A stretch of DNA of 6,590 nucleotides from a virus. The notes beneath the pieces were generated by a model, which worked only from the letters and a program-made list of their open reading frames with translations, had not been told where the DNA came from and made no database searches. Made by a program: the position numbers and the translations under genes. The stretch spans positions 1 through 6,590 of IMG/VR virus record IMGVR_UViG_3300022758_000001; one strand, given 5' to 3'. This document shows positions 3,594 through 6,590 of the stretch, one piece after another; position 1 is the stretch's first letter; each line of letters opens with the position of its first letter.

Positions 3594-5470
3594 GTAGTTT
3601 ATTTTCTTATGGCGATATTAAAAATTCGCCTCGTCGTTCAGGCTTTGACCTGTCTAATAAGTGTGCTTTTACAGCCAAGATAGGCGAGCTTTTACCTACC
3701 TATTGGAAATTCTGTTTGCCTGGTGATAAATTTCATATTTCTCAGGAATGGTTTGCACGTACGCAGCCTGTTGATACTTCTGCGTTTACCCGTATACGTG
3801 AATATTACGAGTGGTTTTTTGTTCCGCTTCATCTGCTTTACCGTAACAGTAATGAGGCAATTATGTCAATGGAAAATCAGCCTAATTATGCGGCTTCTAG
3901 CTCTGCCTCTATTAGCTTTAATCGTAATTTGCCGTGGGTTGATTTGGCAACTATTTCTGCCGCTGTTAAGAATGTTACTGGTAGTTCTTTTCCTAATAAC
4001 TTCTTTGGCTTTTCTCGCTCAGAGGGTTTTAAGAAGTTGTCTTCTTATCTTGGTTATGGTGAAATAGACCCTGATAAGTATGCGCAGAATTATCGTTTGT
4101 CTGCTTTTCCTTTTTACGCTTATCAGAAAATTTATCAGGATTACTACAGACATTCTCAGTGGGAAAAGAGTAAACCTTGGACTTACAATTGTGATTTCTG
4201 GAATGGAGAGGATTCAACGCCTGTTGCTTCTACTGTGGATTTGTTTACTCAGAATCCCAATGACTCGGTTTTCGAGCTTCGTTATGCAAACTGGAATAAA
4301 GATTTGTGGATGGGTGCTTTGCCTAACAGTCAGTTTGGAGATGTTGCGGCTGTTAATTCTATGATTGACGCCTCTACTGCTAAGGTTTCTGTTGGTGGTT
4401 CTGCTCTTGTAAATGGTAATATGCCAGTTTTATATGCTGATGAAAATGGTTCTGTAGGTAGTATGATTGCTGGTATTCGTGCCGGTGGTATTGAAGGTGC
4501 TCCTGGTAATGGTCAGACTGCGACTGCTTATCCTAGTGGAAATTTGCCTGCTAATACCCCCTACTTTTTTGCACATGGTACTGAAAAAACGCCCGTTGGT
4601 CCCAATAGTTCACCTGCTGCTATTTCTGGTTCAGACCTGACCGCGTCTCTTTCTGGTCAGTTGAACGCACAATTTTCTGTTCTTCAACTTCGCGCCGCTG
4701 AAGCCTTGCAAAAGTGGAAAGAAATTGCTCAGGCGAACGGACAAAACTATGCTGCTCAGGTTAAGGCACACTTTGGCGTTTCTACTAATCCTATGCAATC
4801 ACATCGTTCGACTCGTATTTGCGGTTTTGACGGTTCTATCGATATTTCGGCTGTGGAAAATACAAATCTTACGTCTGACGAGGCTATTATCCGCGGTAAA
4901 GGTTTAGGCGGTCAACGTATTAATGACCCGTCAACCTTTACTTGTACTGAGCATGGTATAATTATGTGTATTTATCACGCTACTCCGCTTTTGGATTATG
5001 TGCCTACGGGCCCTGACTTACAGTTGATGTCTACTGTTAAGGGCGAGTCTTGGCCTGTTCCTGAGTTTGATTCTTTAGGTATGGAGTCTTTGCCGCTTGG
5101 TCCTCTTATGAATAATAAGGCCCTTGGTGGTAGTTTGAACAATTCATTTGCTGGTTATGTTCCTCGTTACATCAGTTGGAAAACTTCTACTGATGTTGTC
5201 CGTGGTGCCTTTACGGATACTTTAAAGTCTTGGGTCGCTCCTGTTGACCTTGACTATATGAAAGTCTTTTTTGCTGGTAATACGGATGATTCGACTATTG
5301 CGGAGAATGTATTACTAACTTACTCTTGGTTTAAAGTTAATCCCTCGGTACTTAATCCTATTTTTGGCTTGGCCGTTGATTCTTCTTTTAATTCGGATCA
5401 ATTGCTTTGTAACTGTCAGTTTAACGTTAAGGTAGCGCGGAATCTTTCTTACGATGGTATGCCTTATTAG
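3590..5470 (+). CDS. VP1: Major capsid protein VP1 (F-like jelly-roll capsid protein), 626 aa
   Basis: The N-terminus MSSLFSYGDIKNSPRRSGFDLSNKCAFTAKIGELLPTYWKFCLPGDKF is the characteristic microvirus capsid start. The conserved internal motif is FSVLQLRAAEALQKWKEIAQ. It is the longest ORF, with strong T3 codon bias. The stop is TAG 5468..5470. Confidence 0.93.
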   Translation: MSSLFSYGDIKNSPRRSGFDLSNKCAFTAKIGELLPTYWKFCLPGDKFHISQEWFARTQPVDTSAFTRIREYYEWFFVPLHLLYRNSNEAIMSMENQPNYAASSSASISFNRNLPWVDLATISAAVKNVTGSSFPNNFFGFSRSEGFKKLSSYLGYGEIDPDKYAQNYRLSAFPFYAYQKIYQDYYRHSQWEKSKPWTYNCDFWNGEDSTPVASTVDLFTQNPNDSVFELRYANWNKDLWMGALPNSQFGDVAAVNSMIDASTAKVSVGGSALVNGNMPVLYADENGSVGSMIAGIRAGGIEGAPGNGQTATAYPSGNLPANTPYFFAHGTEKTPVGPNSSPAAISGSDLTASLSGQLNAQFSVLQLRAAEALQKWKEIAQANGQNYAAQVKAHFGVSTNPMQSHRSTRICGFDGSIDISAVENTNLTSDEAIIRGKGLGGQRINDPSTFTCTEHGIIMCIYHATPLLDYVPTGPDLQLMSTVKGESWPVPEFDSLGMESLPLGPLMNNKALGGSLNNSFAGYVPRYISWKTSTDVVRGAFTDTLKSWVAPVDLDYMKVFFAGNTDDSTIAENVLLTYSWFKVNPSVLNPIFGLAVDSSFNSDQLLCNCQFNVKVARNLSYDGMPY

Positions 5471-5491
5471 TTAACCGCAGTCTACTCTCAA

Positions 5492-5530
5492 CTTGAGGCC
5501 AGCGAAGCGAGGCCGACTGCCGGCCTCAGG
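5492..5530 (+). other. Pair of mutually exclusive hairpins sharing one 3' arm, 22 nt downstream of VP1
   Basis: The inner hairpin pairs gaggccg (5509..5515) with cggcctc (5521..5527), a perfect 7-bp stem with loop actgc. The outer alternative pairs cttgaggcc (5492..5500) with ggcctcagg (5522..5530), 9 bp including one T-G wobble. The GAGGCC 5' arm is duplicated (5495..5500 and 5509..5514). No T tract follows, so this is not a canonical terminator. Confidence 0.6.
5502..5508 (+). other. GCGAAGC heptamer, copy 2 of 2, between the duplicated GAGGCC arms and inside a tandem AGCGA-AGCGA
   Basis: Exact gcgaagc at 5502..5508; agcgaagcga spans 5501..5510. Confidence 0.5.
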
Positions 5531-5572
5531 TTACTTCTATCTTTCCGCTTATGAACGGACTTTTGACTATGC

Positions 5573-5629
5573 TAAGGAGTGAGGCGCTGTCCCGCCGAAC
5601 TAAGAAATGGGAGCGTAGCGACTTCCTTA
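5573..5629 (+). other. Closed multi-stem structured element upstream of ORF 5675
   Basis: The closing stem pairs TAAGGA (5573..5578) with TCCTTA (5624..5629). Inside, GGCG (5583..5586) pairs with CGCC (5593..5596). Alternatively cgc-tg-tccc (5585..5593) pairs with gggagcg (5609..5615). All pairings were checked by hand. Confidence 0.4.
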
Positions 5630-5635
5630 AGATGG

Positions 5636-5662
5636 TTATTTATTTATTTATTTATTTATTTA
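5636..5662 (+). repeat. Tetranucleotide microsatellite (ATTT)6, followed by a duplicated AGTTAT that runs up to the start codon
   Basis: A residues fall at 5638, 5642, 5646, 5650, 5654, 5658 and 5662, each pair separated by TTT. AGTTAT occurs at 5662..5667 and 5671..5676. The ATG is at 5675. Confidence 0.9.
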
Positions 5663-5674
5663 GTTATTTTAGTT

Positions 5675-6169
5675 ATGAAAAAAGATGTTATTATTAGAGG
5701 TTTTGCACGTTATTCATTAAATCGTGACAATCAACTTCATAATTATACTTTTCACGGTGTGCATTCTGCCGCTGTTGCTCTTTCGGGTGTACTTCGTGAA
5801 CAATCTCCTGTTGAGGATTTTCTCTTTGAGGATAATTTTGACGGTTCGAGAACTTTCGTTAGTGACTATTCTGTTCTTTCTGGCCAAGCTGCTATTGACC
5901 AGATGAATCCGACTCAATTACGCCGTTATCTCAATGGTTTACGTCCCTCTTCTTCTCCTTATACTCACCATTATAATGATGATTTCCTTTTGGAATATTG
6001 TAAGGATAGGAATATTCAGTCTTATACTGAAATGCAGGCTTGGTTAGAACATCTTATTTCAGAGGGTCAGTCTCTTGAAAATGATGTTGCCGCTTATCAG
6101 GCTGCTAAGTTGGCTGAACAACAACAGGCTACCGAATCTCAACAAAATGCCCAGGATTCTACTGAATGA
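5675..6169 (+). CDS. Hypothetical protein, 164 aa. Its position suggests a scaffolding (VP3-like) role, but that assignment is weak.
   Basis: ATG 5675 gives MKKDVIIRGFARYSLNRDNQLHNYTF.... The C-terminal tail is acidic and Gln-rich (AKLAEQQQATESQQNAQDSTE). Its stop overlaps the VP2 start (ATGA, 6166..6169). T3 codon bias is present. The track's GTG 5579 start would read through the structured GC-rich region and the microsatellite (giving LFIYLFIYL), which is implausible. Confidence 0.7.
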   Translation: MKKDVIIRGFARYSLNRDNQLHNYTFHGVHSAAVALSGVLREQSPVEDFLFEDNFDGSRTFVSDYSVLSGQAAIDQMNPTQLRRYLNGLRPSSSPYTHHYNDDFLLEYCKDRNIQSYTEMQAWLEHLISEGQSLENDVAAYQAAKLAEQQQATESQQNAQDSTE

Positions 6170-6590
6170 TTGGTGCTGCTATTGGTGCTGCTGGCTCTTT
6201 AGCCAGCGGTGTCGTTAACGCTATTGGTAATAATCGGCAAGGTTCTAAGAATCGTAAACATCAACTTGAAATGCAGCGGATTCAGAACGAATGGGCAAGT
6301 TCTGAATCTCAGAAATCACGTGATTTTGCTAAATCAATGTTTGACGCTACGAACGAATGGAACTCCGCTAAAAATCAGCGTGCACGCTTAGAGGAAGCTG
6401 GTTTGAATCCTTATTTGATGATGAACGGCGGTTCGGCTGGTTCTGCTCAGTCTACATCTGCAACTTCCTTTTCTGGTTCTTCTGGTTCTGGTGGTACACC
6501 TTACCAGTACACCCCTACGAATATGATTGGTGATGTTGCTTCTTTTGCTGGTGCTATGAAATCTCTTTCGGAAGCTCGTAAGTCTGGTAC
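6166..6590 (+). CDS. VP2: VP2 minor capsid / pilot protein, N-terminal part. It runs off the window end and continues at position 1 via the circular junction.
   Basis: My hand translation from ATG 6166 gives MIGAAIGAAGSLASGVVNAIGNNRQGSKNRKHQLEMQRIQNEWASSESQKSRDFAKSMFDATNEWNSAKNQRARLEEAGLNPYLMMNGGSAGSAQSTSATSFSGSSGSGGTPYQYTPTNMIGD..., with no stop before 6590. The Gly/Ala-rich hydrophobic N-terminus and the AGLNPYL motif are typical of microvirus VP2. The ORF track omits it because it has no stop within the window. Confidence 0.85.
   Translation, partial: MIGAAIGAAGSLASGVVNAIGNNRQGSKNRKHQLEMQRIQNEWASSESQKSRDFAKSMFDATNEWNSAKNQRARLEEAGLNPYLMMNGGSAGSAQSTSATSFSGSSGSGGTPYQYTPTNMIGDVASFAGAMKSLSEARKSG
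6464..6590. repeat. Terminal direct repeat, copy 2 (identical to 1..127)
   Basis: Exact 127/127 identity with the window start. Confidence 0.95.

Noticed and set aside
3723-4067. A very hydrophobic 114-aa +1-frame ORF inside VP1, considered as the missing holin or E-like lysis protein for the M15 peptidase.
   Set aside because: It is the same T3-bias artefact described above. Its hydrophobicity is forced by xTx codons, and there is no independent evidence such as a start context or conservation.
5489-5496. CAACTTGA is identical to the first 8 nt of the phiX174 gene-A origin core (CAACTTG/ATATTAATAAC). It sits at the base of the post-VP1 hairpin.
   Set aside because: It is only an 8-mer, which is plausible by chance in 13 kb of two-strand sequence. 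The rest of the phiX origin does not follow, and an identical 8-mer occurs inside VP2 coding sequence at 6262..6269. It is worth testing only if Rep nicking assays are done.

Overview
The window is one complete, circularly closed ssDNA microvirus genome (family Microviridae). The family call comes from recalled motifs; no database search was possible. Bases 1..127 are identical to 6464..6590, so the unit genome is 6463 nt and the window wraps the circle. All credible genes are on the + strand, which is T-rich with strongly T-ending codons. In order they are: (1) VP2 minor capsid/pilot protein, split by the window edge (6166..6590 joined to 1..800, 365 aa); (2) a clean intrinsic terminator; (3) a G+C-rich, hairpin-dense noncoding island of about 300 nt; (4) the HUH rolling-circle replication initiator VP4; (5) a compact three-gene accessory cassette of a 54-aa ORF, a LAS/M15-type zinc peptidase and a 69-aa ORF; (6) the VP1 major capsid protein (626 aa); (7) a second structured noncoding region ending in an (ATTT)6 microsatellite; (8) a 164-aa ORF start/stop-coupled to VP2. 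Genome size, large VP1 and VP4, and the lack of Shine-Dalgarno sites fit an Alpavirinae-like phage of Bacteroidota better than a classical gokushovirus, but that is inference. The most interesting observations are these. First, VP4 is broken into two frames exactly at a T TTT TTA slippery heptamer, and a -1 shift restores the conserved QLF-KRL motif, indicating either programmed frameshifting or a homopolymer error. Second, a peptidoglycan-peptidase-type gene sits in a microvirus with no visible holin or signal peptide. Third, the noncoding regions carry competing hairpins and the only two copies of the GCGAAGC mini-hairpin heptamer.
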